Shown: piece by piece, positions 25,592 to 38,641 of the stretch
How positions within the stretch are numbered: the first letter of the stretch is position 1
Layout: every line of letters begins with the position of its first letter
Assembly (NCBI RefSeq): GCF_963921235.1
Contig: NC_086108.1
Location: 46,750,001-46,814,000 of the forward strand
DNA from: Mobula hypostoma
Taxonomy: Eukaryota
Reading direction: 5' to 3'
Length of the DNA stretch: 64,000 bases
The notes under the pieces: model-generated
What the model saw: only the letters and a program-made list of their open reading frames with translations
Database searches by the model: none
Told to the model about the DNA's origin: nothing
Translations under genes and position numbers: made by a program

Positions 25592-28500
25592 TGGACTCGG
25601 AGCAAGAAAGCTGCGAGTGAACAGCTGTTTTCTGGAGCGAAGGCAGTTTTTTACTACTCAGGGTAAAAGAGAGGTGAGACTGTGCAGGTGCATGACGTCA
25701 GCCAGTAGAGCACGAAAGGTTTAATAAGGCAAGGAATCTTCAACGGTTTTTGATTTGGAGCAAGAAGGCTACGAGTGAATGGCTGTTTTCCAGAGCACAG
25801 GCAGTTTTTTACTACTTGGGGTAAAAGAGAGGCGAGACTGCGCAGGCGCATAACGTAAGCCAGTAGAGTGCGAAAGGTTTAAAAAGAAGACCGCCATATC
25901 CAGCCGGCAGTGTTCGGAGCGGGCAGTGGAGTGAGAGGCAGCAGAGTGATCGGGCTTTGGCTCAATGGGCCTAGGCGGTAACGGGATGAGGCAAGGTAGG
26001 TTTACCTGTGTTATTTGCGGAAAGGAGGAAGTACTTGTATGATACCAGTTTTCTGTGCTCGGTGTTAGATGTAGGAGGTCCTGGAGTCTCCCAGCCTCTC
26101 GGACAGCCATATCTGCACCAGGTGTGTCAAGCTGCAGCTCCTAAGGGACCGAGTTAGGGAACTAGAGATGCAGCTCAATGACCTACGCCTGGTCAGGGAG
26201 AGTGAGGAGGTGATAGAAAGGAGTTATAGGCAGGTGGTCACAGCGGGGCCACAGGAGACAGACAAGTGGGTCACAGACAGGAGGGGGAAGGGGAAGAGTC
26301 AGGGACTAGAGAGTACCCTGGTGGCTGTACCCCTTGACAATAAGTACTCCTGTTTGAGTACTTTTGGGGGGGCGGGAACAACCTACATGGGGGAAGTGAC
26401 AGTGGCCGTGCCTCTGGCACACAGTCTGGCCCTGTGGCTCAGAAGGATAGGGAAAGGAAGAGGAAGGCAGTAGTTATAGGGGGCTCTATAGTTAGGGGGT
26501 CAGACAGGCGATTCTGTGGATGCAGGAAAGAAACTCGGATGGTCGTTGACCTCCCAGGTGCCAGGATCCGGGGTGTTTCAGATCGTGTCCAAGATATCCT
26601 GCAGTGGGAGGGAGAACAGCCAGAGGTCGTGGTACATATTGGTACCAATGACATAGGTAGGAAAAGGGAAGAGGTCCTGAAAAAAAAGTCTACAGGGAGT
26701 TAGGAAAGAAGTTGAGAAGCAGGACCGCAAAGGTAGTAATCTCGGGATTACTGCCTGTGCCACGCGACAGTGAGAATAGGAATAGAATGAGGTGGCAGAT
26801 AAATGCGTGGCTGAGGGATTGGAGCAGGGGGCAGGGATTCAGATTTCTGGATCATTGGGACCTCTTTTGGGGCAGGTGTGACCTGTACAAAGAGGACAGG
26901 TTGCACTTGAATCCCACGGGGACCAATATCCTGGCCAGGAGGTTTGCTAAGGCTACTGGGAAGCTTTTAAACAAGAATTGTTGAGGGGTGGAAACTGAAC
27001 TGAAGAGACTGGGGAAGAGGAGGTTGGCTCACAAATAGAGAAAGCTTGTAGACAGTGCGAGACAGAGGACAGGCAGGTGATAGAAAAGGGATGCGCACAG
27101 ATCGAAGGTTTGAGATGTGTCTATCTTAACGCAAGGAGTGTTGTGAACAAAGCAGATGAGCTTAGAGCATGGATCAGTACTTGGAGATATGATGTGGTAG
27201 CCATTACAGAGACTTGGACGGCTCAAGGACAGGAATGGTTACTTCAAGTGCCGGGTTTTAGATGTTTCAGAAAGGATAGGGAGGGAGGCAAATGAGGTGG
27301 GGGAGTGGCACTGTTGATCAGAGATAGTGTCATGGCTGCAGAAAAGATGGACGCCATGGAGGGATTGTCTATGGAGTCTCTGTGGGTGGAGGTTAGGAAC
27401 AGGAAGAGGTCAATAACTTTACTGGGTGTTTTTTATAGGCCACCCAATAGTAACAGGGATATCAAGCAGCAGTTAGGGAAACGGATCCTGGAAAGGTGTA
27501 ATAATAAGAGTTGTCGTGATGGGAGATTTTAACTTCCCAAATACCGATTGGCATCTCCCGAGAGCAAGGGGTTTAGATGGGGTAGAGTTTGTTAGGTGTG
27601 TTCAGGACGGTTTTTTGACACAATATGTAGATAAGCCTATAAGAGGAAAGGCGGTACTTGATCTAGTATTGGGAAATGAACCTGGTTGGGTGTCAGATCT
27701 CTCAGTGGGAGAGCATTTTGGAGATAGTGATCATAATTCTATCTCCTTTACAATAGCATTGGAGACAGATAGGAACAGACAAATTATAAAAGCATTTAGT
27801 TGGAGTAAGGGGAATTATGAGGCTATCAGGCAGGAACTTGGAAGCATAAATTGGAAACAGATGTTCTCAGGTAAAAGTATGGAAGAAATGTGGCAAATGT
27901 TCAGGGGATATTTGTGTGGAGTTCTGCATAGGTACGTTCCAATGAGATGGGGAAAGGATGGTAGGGTACAGGAACCGTGGTGTACAAAGGCTGTAATAAA
28001 TCTAGACAAGAAGGAAAGAAAAGCTTACAAAAGGTTCAAAGAGCTGGGTAATGTTAGAGATCTAGAAGATTATAAGGCTAATAGGAAAGAGCTTAAGAAG
28101 GAAATTAGGAGAGCTAGAAGGGGCCATGAGAAGTCCTTGGCGGGTAGGATTAAAGAAAACCTCAAGGCATTCTACAAGTATGTGAAGAGCAAGAGGATAA
28201 GACGTGAAAGAATAGGACCTATCATGTGTGACAGTGGGAAAGTGTGTATGGAACCAGAGGAAATAGCAGAGGTACTTAATGAATACTTTACTTCAGTATT
28301 CACTGTGGAAAAGGATCCTGGTGATTGTAGTGATGACTTGCAGCAGACTGAAAAGCTTGAGCATATAGATATTAAGAAAGAGGATGTACTGGAGCTTTTG
28401 GAAAGCATCAAGTTGGATAAGTCACAAGGCCCAGATGAGATGTACCCCAGGCTACTGTGGGAGGTGAGGGAGGAGATTGCTGAGCCTCTGGCAATGATGT

Positions 28501-29969
28501 CTGCATCATCAATGGGGACGGAAGAGGTTCCAGAGGATTGGAAGGTTGTGGATGTTGTTCCTTTATTCAAGAAAGGGAGTAGAGATAGCCCAGGAAATTA
28601 TAGACCAGTGAGTCTTACCTCAGTAGTTGGTAAGTTGACGGAGAACATCCTGAGAGGCAGAATTTATGAACATTTCGAGAGGTTTAATATGATTAGGAAT
28701 AGTCAGCATGGCTTTGTCAAGGGCAGGTCGTGCCTTACGAGCCTGATTGAATTATTTGAGGATGTGACTGAACACACTGATGAAGGAAGAGCAGTAGATG
28801 TAGTGTATATGGATTTCAGCAAGGCATTTGATAAGGTACCCCATGCAGGACTTATTAAGAAAATAAGCAGGCATGAGATCCAAGGGGACATCGCTTTGTG
28901 GATCCAAAATTGGCTTGCCCACAGTAGGCAAAGAGTGGTTGTAGACAGGTCATATTCTGCTTGGAGGTCAGTCACCAGTGGAGTGCCTCAGGGATCTGTT
29001 CTGGGACCCTTACTCTTCGCGATTTTTATAAATGACTTGGATGAGGAAGTGGAGGGATGGGTTAGTCAGTTTGCTGATGACACAAAGGTTGAATGTGTTG
29101 TGGATAGAGTGGAGGGCTGTCAGAGGTTACAGCAGGACATTGATAGGATGCAAAACTGGGCTGAGAAATGGCAGGTGGAGTTCAACCCAAATATGTGTGA
29201 AGTGGTTCATTTGGGTAGGTCAAATATAATGGCAGAATATAGTATTAATGGTAAGACTCTTGGCAGTGTGGAGGATCAGAGGGATCTTGGGGTCCGAGTC
29301 CATAGGACGCTCAAAGCAGCTGCGCAGGGTGATCCTGTGGTTAAGAAGGTGTATTGGCCTTCATCAATCATGGAATTGAATTTAGGAGCTGAGAGGTAAT
29401 GTTGCAGCTACATAGGACCCTGGTCAGACCCCACTTGGAGTACTGTGCTCAGTTCTGGTCACCTCACTACAGAAAGTATGTGGAAGCCATAGAAAGGGTG
29501 CAGAGGACATTTACAAGGATATTGCCTGAATTGGGGAGCATGCCTTATGAGAATAGGTTGAGTGAACTTGGCCTTTTCTCCTTGAAGCGATGAAGGATGA
29601 GAGGTGACCTGACAGAGGTGTATAAGACGATGACAGGCATTGATCATGTCAGAGGCTTTTTCCCAGGGCTGAAATGGTTGCCACAAGAGGACACAGGTTT
29701 AAGGTGCTGGGAAGAAGGTACAGGGGAGATGTCAGGGGTAAGTTGTTTACTCAGAGAGTGGTGAGTGCATGAAATGGGCTGCCAGCAACGGTGGTAGAGG
29801 TGGATATGATGTGGTCTTTTAAGAGACTTTTGGATAGGTACATGGAGCTTAGAAAAATAGAGGGCTATAGGTAAACCTAGTAATTTCTAAGGTAGGGACA
29901 TGTTTGTCACAACTTTGTGGGCCGAAGGGCCTGTATTGTGCTGTAGATTTTCTATGTTTCTATGTTTCT
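25592..29969 (+). mobile_element. Full-length decayed CR1 LINE: 5' UTR, ORF1 (Zn finger plus SGNH esterase), ORF2 (APE+RT)
   Basis: VIGGSIVRG, LPGA, HIGTND and DRLHL esterase blocks; YLNARS, GDFN, GVPQGSVLGP and FADD; (TTCTATGT)n tail. Confidence 0.93.
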
Positions 29970-30870
29970 AACTTCCACCACCTCCACAGGATCCTACCAC
30001 TAAATTCATATTTCCCTCATCCACACCCCCAACCCTCCACTTTCTGCAGTCATTGCTCTCTGCATCCACTCTTGTCCACTCGGCCATCCCCACTGATCTC
30101 CCTCCTGGAACATATCCCTGCAAGTGGGACAAATGCTACACCTACCCATACACCTCCTCCCTCACCACAATTCAGGGCCCTAAACAGGCAAAGCAACATT
30201 TCACGTCTGAGTCTGTCAGGGTCTTCTGTTGAATCTGATGCTGCCAGTGTGGCCTCCTCTACATCACTGAGACCCAATACAGATTAGAGGGCCACTTTGT
30301 GAGCATCCTCACTCTACCTGCTGCAAAAGTGGGGTCTCCTGTGGCTACCCATTTCAATTCAACTTCCCATCCCCATTGTGACATGAATGCCCATGGCCTC
30401 TACTGCCATGGTGAGGCCAAACTCAGAATGGAGGAACAACACTTCAAATTCCATCTGGGGAACCTCCAATCTAATAGCATGAACATCAATTTCTCTAATG
30501 TCTAGTAACTTCTCCACCTTTCCTCCTCTATTTTTCCATTCCTCATTCTAGGTACCCTCTCTTACCCCTTCTTTTCTCCTCACCTCCCTCTGGTTCCACT
30601 TCTCCTTCCCTTTCTTCCATGGTCCACTGTTCTATACTATTAAATTACTTCTTCAGTCCTTTACCTCTTCCACCTTCTTACTTCTTCCACCCTACACCAC
30701 CCATCCATCCATCCCCTCACCTGTAGCCTATAGCCTGTCTCTCCCCACCTCCTTATTCTGGCTTCTGCACCCTTTCCATTCCTGATGAAGGGTCTCACTC
30801 CAAAGTCATCTAGTTATTCCCTTCCGTAGTTGCTTCCTGACTTGCTGAATCCCTCTAGCCTTTTGTCAAA
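29970..30870 (+). mobile_element. PLE remnant, right part, with a degraded hammerhead near 30780
   Basis: PVATHFNS...MEEQHFKFHLGNLQSNSMNINFSN; cctgatgaagggtctc terminus. Confidence 0.8.
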
Positions 30871-31059
30871 ATCAGAATCAAAGTCAGGTTCATTATCAAT
30901 GGCATATATCATGATTTTTTTTTGTTTTGTGGCAGAAGTACAGTGCAAGATATAAAAATTACTATGCTACAATAAACATTGAAAGGGGGTCTTCAGATTC
31001 CTGTGCTTCTTCCCTAGTAGTGGTAATGAGAAGGCATGTCCCAGATGATGATGAATCTT

Positions 31060-31975
31060 GCCTTCTTGATTAGTAAGCTTGTGGATGACACAGAAGTTTT
31101 TGGCGGTGTGGATAGTTGAGGGAAAGTTGTCTGCGGCTACACCAGGATGTAGATCAGATAGAAAGTGGAGTGGAACATTGTCAGATGGATTTGATCCAGG
31201 CAAATGTGAGGGTGTTTCTTTTTAAGATGTCAAATTGGGGTAGGATATATATAGTGAAATGGTAGGACACTAAAGAACATTGCTGAAGAGAAGGACCTTT
31301 AGGTTCTAGTCCATAAGTCTTGAAAAGGGTGCAGAAAGCATATGGATAGCTTATCTACATGGGTCAGGGCCAGAATGTTATGTTACAACTTGACTAACAA
31401 AAGATACATCAGACTTAGAGCATTGTGTGCCTTTCTGGTCACCAATCTATAGGAAGGATGTAGTTGTACTGAGGAGACTGCAGAGGAGATTCACCTGAAT
31501 ATTGCCTCGACTGGAGGACTTTCATTACGAGGATAAACTGGATAGCTTAGGTTTGTTTTTCCTGGAATGAAGAAGGCTGAGGATTGATCTGGTAGAAGTT
31601 TATAAAATAATAAGAAGCATACAAAAATTAAAGGTAATCCTAAAGATTAAATTATTAAAGAAAGGGTAGACAGAATCCTTTTTCCCCTGGTAAGGGGATC
31701 AAAAGAAAAGAGAATAGAAATTTAAGGGGAGTATAAAGAGGAAACTGAGGGAAAGTTTCTTTTTATCCCCTGCAGCGATTAGTTGATGCCTGAATGCCAG
31801 AAGAGGTGGTGGAGTCAGATTTTTTTTAAAAATCACTCTGTTTAAGAGATATTTATTCAGGCATTTGAATATGCAAGGTAGCAAAGAATATAGCCCTAAT
31901 GCAACCAGGGGTGGATTAGTGCAGATGGGGAGAAGGTTGGCACGGATGTGGTGAACCAAAGGACATATTTCCATC
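31060..31975 (+). mobile_element. Old CR1 3' fragment
   Basis: Degenerate KFADD..LEHCVPFWSP..LQRRFT codons. Confidence 0.65.
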
Positions 31976-32839
31976 AAAGTTGCTTGAATTTCCAGCATCT
32001 GCAGAATTCCTGTTGTTGACATATTTCCATGCTGTACAAAACTATGACTTGCTAATAATGCAGTTTTATTTAAAATTAAAACATTACAATAGTAAGTAAG
32101 CAATTGTATGTTAGTTATACAACTCTGTGAGCACACCACACTAAGAAGGACATTAAATTTATGTTGCGTATGCTGAAGAAATGGAGTTAGATCAAAGAAA
32201 CTATGATTTCATTAAATAGTAAAATAGGCTTGAGCATCAAGAAACCTCTGCCCATTCCTTTATATATTTTTTTAGAACTAATGCAAGCTTTAGAATCTTC
32301 AGCTTGAATTGAAGCTGGAATTAGTGCCTAAACGGGAAAATGAGGGAGAAAAACACAAGGCTTATAAAGTGGAACTGTGGAATGCTTTGTCTAACTAGTT
32401 AATAATGTTTGCAGGACCTTTTCAAATAAATATTAGAGCCATTTCTGGGGTCTAGGCAGACTTTTATCAGAGAAAGGGGAATGGAGGGGAAAGGTCGATA
32501 TATGGAGTTAGGTCACAAATCAGCAATAATCAAATCTACCAAGCAGAAAAGGCTCAAGAGGCTCATTTCTATTATTTCATGTGTAACATTACATAGAATT
32601 ACCAATGAACATAATGGAATGTGAGATGTGAAATGGAACGGAATTCATTCATACAGTAGTTTGATTCGTTGATGAAATATATTATTGAGAACATGCAAAG
32701 CTACAGTCCATCCAGCTACAGAGGCAAATAGACTTATGGGCCAAAATATAAATATAGGTATTTTGAGGAAAGAGCAGGAGAAGCAACCTGGTTATTACAA
32801 ATAAAGTACAATATGCAAAAGTGCAGTATGACAAATTAC

Positions 32840-32960
32840 CTTCAATGCGAGGCTATAGCTTGCTTCACTCCACCACTCCTTCTCCTGGGTTAAAGTATCT
32901 ATCTGGGCAATTAGTCTTTTTCTCTGTAGTTCGTATAACTGGTGATATTCATCCAGCAAA
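32840..32960 (-). CDS. AXDND1: AXDND1 exon 4 (LLDEYHQLYELQRKRLIAQIDTLTQEKEWWSEASYSLALK)
   Basis: gccctcag acceptor, AAG|gtaatt donor; 121 nt, phase 2 to 0; resembles recalled human EEYHDLYTLQRER...WSSATYELALK. Confidence 0.9.
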
Positions 32961-33821
32961 CTGAGGGCATGAAAAAATCAGTCATTTCTTAAACTCTTAA
33001 TCATAAAAGCCTTTAGCTGTGAATTTCAAATAGAAGTAATTTTAAAGAAGCAGCTCCAAATGTGATATAATTTCTGGTTCCTGACAGAGAAAGGGACCTA
33101 CAGCCAACAAAATATCTTGCAAAATACTTGGTCATTTTGCCAAAACCTTTATATTTTTTCAGTCAGTTTCTTTGTTTAGAGCAAGAATGTTGGCAAAGAG
33201 GATTAAGAAATAAAAGCATGAGCTAGCAAACAAAAAAGAATATGTTTTTGTCTTATCCACTAGTCATAATGCCTTCAGAAAGAATTATGACGTAGAATCT
33301 AAGTGCGCAATGGAATTCCTGGAATTTCAAAACTAATATTTGCAGCTTCAAGTTAAACAGAAACCATTATACAAAAAGAGATGATAAAAGATCAGGAAAC
33401 ACATTAGTGTTCATCCTGTTGGTTAGTTCAGGCAAGTGCATCAGCATCCTTTACTGGTAGGAACACTTACCCATAACAAAAAAAGAGACTAAGGCACCAA
33501 AAAGCCGGGTGCCTTATCTCTACTTACTATGAGCTACATTGTAATATTCCCTTCGTCAATTAATCACTACCTTCTGCCTACGGCGGTTATGGAAGGAAAT
33601 TTTTCATTTCAGCATTTTCTATCTTGTGTAATTTTGCTCATTCACAGTAATATTTTTTTTTTAAAATTATTGGTAAACAAATTGCTGATAGAGCTTGTGG
33701 GGAAGGTGGTGTTGCCAGTCCGAACAAGTGGAAATAGAAAGAGAAAAACTGTGATAAATTGCAAAGGTAACATGATAGAGACAGTAAAAGTTCAAAAGAG
33801 AAAATCTATACATTAACTCAA

Positions 33822-34090
33822 AAGGAAAGGAAAGGTACATCGCATCCAGAGTTTCTCCAGTTAGCAGACAATTTCCCTCCATGCCTCTCTGACATAGTGG
33901 GGAATTGCGTATGAGGCAAGTTACAGCAGTGGTTTGCCATTGCCTTCTGCCGGGTGAGTTTCCAAAGAGATCACCGGCTCGTAACCCTGCACAGATGGAA
34001 AGAGTGCAGGGGAGCCGGCAAGCTGGATTCGAACCTGGGACCTTTCATCCCCAGATCCGACGCTGATGCCACTACGCCACCAGCCAGGTC
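33822..34090 (-). mobile_element. tRNA-derived SINE with an RTE-related segment and (CCTTT)n tail
   Basis: 12-bp TSD acattaactcaa at 33810-33821 and 34091-34102; A box TGGCGTAGTGG, B box GGTTCGAATCC; gaaggcaatggcaaaccac segment. Confidence 0.85.
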
Positions 34091-34102
34091 ACATTAACTC
34101 AA

Positions 34103-37100
34103 CAAGAGAAAAAAACATAATAAGCGTAATCAAATCAAAGTGCATTCTATAGAACTTTGAACTAAACTGAAGCAATATCAGAAAACCCAGTGGGGACCTC
34201 AAGACGATGGTCCATCCAATGACGCTTCTCCTTGGGAAACACCTCCTGCAATGGACAGTCCTCCAAGGCAGCACCATCATCTAAACTCCGGGGAATTGTG
34301 ACATGAATATGACATGGATTCTACAGTGACCACTGGCGACTCAAGTGAGGATGTCAATGATGAAACAAAAGAGTTGGCAGCCATGTCCAATAAAGACCAA
34401 GGAAGTGAAAACATGCGGTCTGAAGATGGAACCTATGAATGGAGGTAGATAGTTTATCACCAACTACCTGAATCAGAAAAGACTGACAAATGGTCCAAAG
34501 AAATTCCACCTCCTAAACACCTGGACTGAGCTTCAATGTATTAAGAACAAACATAAATTGCACCCATATGATGGGATCCAAATCTCACTGCGTTGTCTTC
34601 TCAGCAGATCAGACACTTGACTCGTAGAGTTGATGACAACGTGGGAGATAATAAACAAAAGATACTAGGTGGCTGGGATGCTTTTAAGAGGTGGTTGGAA
34701 GAACAGGCCCCAATACAGACTGATTGGAGGAAAGTAGTCGACTGCAAGCAAAAGGTTTCTGAGGATGTTTCTGAATATAAGGAACGCCACAGGACAGCGT
34801 GGCTGAATTACTTAGGGGTTCCAAGAATAAATGAAGGTAGCATAGAGGACTCTATGTATGGTCCCTTGAAATCAACATTGATGAATAGCTTGAAACCAAA
34901 TATTGCCAAAGTGATGAAGCCCACAAAAATGAATTGGAGTGAAGTTGGTGATCCATATAGTGAGCTAGTGCAAGCAGCCAAGCAGTAGAATGAGATATCA
35001 AATTCCAAATAAGATCAGTAGAGGTGGGTCAATTACCTGTTGATCAATACCTATTGACCATGGGTCACATTGCAGGTGAGTCAGCAGCCAGCACCCATTA
35101 ACCAACAAAAAAAAAGCAGGACTAGAATGCACCGTGTGCACACAGCAATACCAGTCTAAGTCGCACCCCTAAGGCCAACCCCCTAAAGAAAATCTCATTT
35201 GTCGTGTAAAAGAGGGCATTGGGCTGGAAGTGACTGGCAGAAGAAACAAGATGGACAATAGAAACAAGCTCAACAACAAGTTCAATCCTCTACCTCACAA
35301 ATGTTGGGAGATCCTGATCTGATGACATGGTTTCAACAAGCAATTTCAGATGTAATGGAAGTATTGTTGAATTTAAAAAAATAACTAAGCCCATTCTTGC
35401 TGTCTTGCTTGCTAGAGGAAAATTCAAGCAGCTTATATGTTAACATACTAATTGGGAATAAATGTGCTGAATTTTTGTTAAGACTATGATGATCATGACT
35501 ATGCAAGGATAATAACATGCCATTAAGATGTAAATTATTCTAAGGAAACACCTTTATTGAATCCAGATCTGTTCAGTACACCGATTGCTCATCAACAATT
35601 GAGGGAGGAATTCAAAGATTGCATGGGCTGAAACTGAAGTGCTGACATCAGGAAGCATGGCTCCTGGTACTTTGCACAACAGGCAGATTTGAAAGACTCT
35701 ACAACAGCAGAAGGAAAATCAAATAATATCTTAACTGATTCATTTGGGGTTGTTTGTAATTTTGGAAACTTATGAATGAAAAGGAGATTTCTTACAGCTG
35801 TAGGAGCCCCAATCAAGAATGGCCAGCTAGCACAGGAATTCATGAACATTATACAGTTGCCATCAGAAGTTCATCATCATCTTCAGGTGCCGTGACCAGT
35901 TTGAGCTTTGACTGCCATGGTCCACACACCCCTGTTTCGGGTTAAGTGGATCAATTCATTGGTATTCATTTCCAATTCTCTGGCTGCAGTCTCCACCATC
36001 ATTTGTCTTGGTCTTCCTCTTGCTTTCTTTCCTCCAATCTTTCCCATAATTACCATGCATTCAAACTCCTCTTTCCTAATCACATGTCCAATGAAGTTAC
36101 GTTGCCTTTTAATGATCTCATACATTATTTCTCTTTTTGTGTTCGCTCTGTTCATAACATCCCTGTTAGATATTAGTTTCATCCATGATATTCTTTGCAT
36201 CCTTCTCCAAAGCCACATCTCTGCTGCTTCAATTCATTTCTTCATATTTCTAGATATTGTCCAACTTTCTGAGCCATATAACATAACCGAATAAACATAA
36301 CATTTCAGTACTCTGAGGCGGGTTGTCATGCCTAGTTTAGTATTGGTCAGCATACTCTTCATTCTCGTAAAGGTGTCTTTTGCCATCCCTATTCTTCTTT
36401 TGATGTTCATGTAGCACCTGCCATCTGATATCACCCAGCTTCCTAAGTAGCAAAAGTTCTGTATTTGTTTTATGTCTTCCCCGTTTATTCTCAGCCTGCA
36501 GCTAGGATTCTCCTTCTTTTTGGATATCACCATACATTCTGTCTTTTTGCAGTTGATAGATAGACCCATTTTTGCACTTTCTTCAACAACTATATCAATT
36601 AAGTTTTGTAGTTCTTCTACACACAATTAACACAGTGTCATCCGCATATCTGAAATTATTGACGTTTTCACTGCCAACTTTGATTCCCAAGATGTCTCTT
36701 ATTTTTTGTAATATTGTTTCACTGTACACATTAAGTAAATCAGGGAAGAAAACACACCCTTGTCTAACGCCTCTCTTGATTTCCGTAAACTGACTCACTT
36801 TTCCATCTATTCTTACAGCGGCAGTTTGTTCCCAGTACAGATTTCTGATCAGGCGGAGGTCTTTCGAATCTAGAAAGTTTCCTGTAATATTTCAAATAAC
36901 TTATTGTGCTTCACTTTATCAAATGCTTTTGTTTAGTCAATAAAACAAACAAACAAGTCTTTTTGCACTTGAATAGCTCGTTCTGACAGTATCCTTTCTG
37001 CCTTTCCTTTCTTCCATCAGAAGTTACTGTATTAAAATGCAAAAGCCACTCCAAAATGACTACAACGGAAAGCCATTCTCAGATGTAATTGCAAAAGAGG

Positions 37101-38526
37101 CTGCAAGGGAATGAGTAAAAGAAATTTTAAAAAGTCAAAGAAGTACCGAGAACATAAGCAGTGAACTCAGCAACTGAAATTATGGAAATGAGGTTTATCT
37201 CTGTATCACAGGAGTTAGCTCAATGCTCTCCACAGAAAATGTGGCTCTGGAAAATGGAGATATGTCTCTCGCAATAGACTAGTAGCTCCAAATTACATTA
37301 CTTCCTTATCTGGCACAGCAGACACACTCCCTTGGATGCAGTGAGTGGAAAAGATCAACAAATTCTTCCACTGGTGGTGAAGTCCAAAGTTCAGACCACA
37401 AGCTCAACAAATGTTTGAAAAATGCATGAAATGCCAGAAAGCGAATTCTGAAGCAGCAGAGAAGCTATCAGATTTAAGGGCCCCTGCCCCACCTGTGTCA
37501 CATTGATTCTAACAATTTCATTGGGAATGTTTGTCAGGAATTATGTCTACTGTTAAATATTGAATGGTCTTTCCATTGTCCACATTCACCCATAGTCATC
37601 AGGACAATTCGAACAAATGAATAGAACCATCAAACAATGACTAAGTAGAATGAAGAAGGCGTACCATGGCCTACAGCTTTTCCTATGGTCTTGTGTAGCA
37701 TCAGAGCAAAGAAGAAAACTGAACTAATTCTACTCGAGGTAGTAACAAGATGTCCTACGTTACTTTCAGAAGACCTTGAGGTCAGAAAGGCTGATATACT
37801 GTACATAAAATGGCATACAGTTTAGTTAACTACTCTGTGAAATTATGTATTGCATCTGCTTCTCAACAGGTTTCTGCCGCTGGGAGTAACCCAACAGAAG
37901 GAAGATGCAATTGGTTCCTGGCGAGTGGGTCCTGATCAAGAAACCGCATATGAACCACTGGGGTCTCAACGGGAAGGTCCTTATCAAGTGCTGTTGGTTA
38001 CTAACTCAGCAGTAAAAGTAGAAGGGAAAAGTAAGTGGATACACATTAGCCACTGCTAGTGAGCTAAAAGTGGTACCTGACAAGGACTGTGGTTAATATG
38101 CTAACAACCTCTGACTCAGTACCTATATTGCTGGGCTACGGTGACCAATCTGAACCAGCCAGAAGGCTGCAAGCAGAGTCGATAACTATTGGATATTATG
38201 ATGCTTATTCCAATATTATTTGCTGTCATCTTGTTTCTAACAATTTTCCCCATGCACAATATTTTTAATTGTTCAGAATGTGACAGCAGTTGTGGGTATC
38301 ACATCATTTGAATACAGGCTATCTTACTAATTAAGCAATGGAATTGGAATAGAATGTGATCTGGTCTAAGGGGTAAGCAAATTGGTATAAGGGGACCAGA
38401 TCATATTGGGTCTATCTCTCCCATTTGTTCTTCCCTCCTTGCCACTAGACTCTTTGTCTTTCACTCTTTCCTTCATCTCCCGTTTTGTTCTTAGTACACT
38501 TAATAAATTGGTTCAGAAGCAACAAG
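34103..38526 (+). mobile_element. Decayed class I (gamma/epsilon-like) endogenous retrovirus: gag, RNase H, integrase, env TM remnant, probable 3' LTR; 5' boundary uncertain
   Basis: Capsid-like DWRKVVDCKQKVSEDVSEYKER; RNase H NILTDS...FLTAVGAPIKNG...LPSEVTVLKCKSH; integrase tail EGPYQVLLVTNSAVKVEGKSKWIHISHC; LLDIMMLIPILFAVILFLTIF near 38185; tataa and aataaa at 38385-38510. Confidence 0.75.
35872..37013 (-). mobile_element. RTE-clade LINE 3' fragment inserted into the ERV RNase H
   Basis: GVRQGC, RYADD, YLGS and MLYGSESW motifs; (GAT)n tail; 12-bp TSD ccatcagaagtt at 35860-35871 and 37014-37025. Confidence 0.9.
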
Positions 38527-38641
38527 TTTTACAAGGGGTAATTGATAAGTTTATGGCCTAAGGTAGAAGGAGTCAATTTTAGAACACCAAGCACATTTAT
38601 TTTTCAGCATAGTCCCCTCATGCATGTACACACTTAGTCCA

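Noticed and set aside
34020..34090. tRNA gene
   Set aside because: The A and B boxes belong to a SINE head bounded by TSDs; no full cloverleaf is evident.
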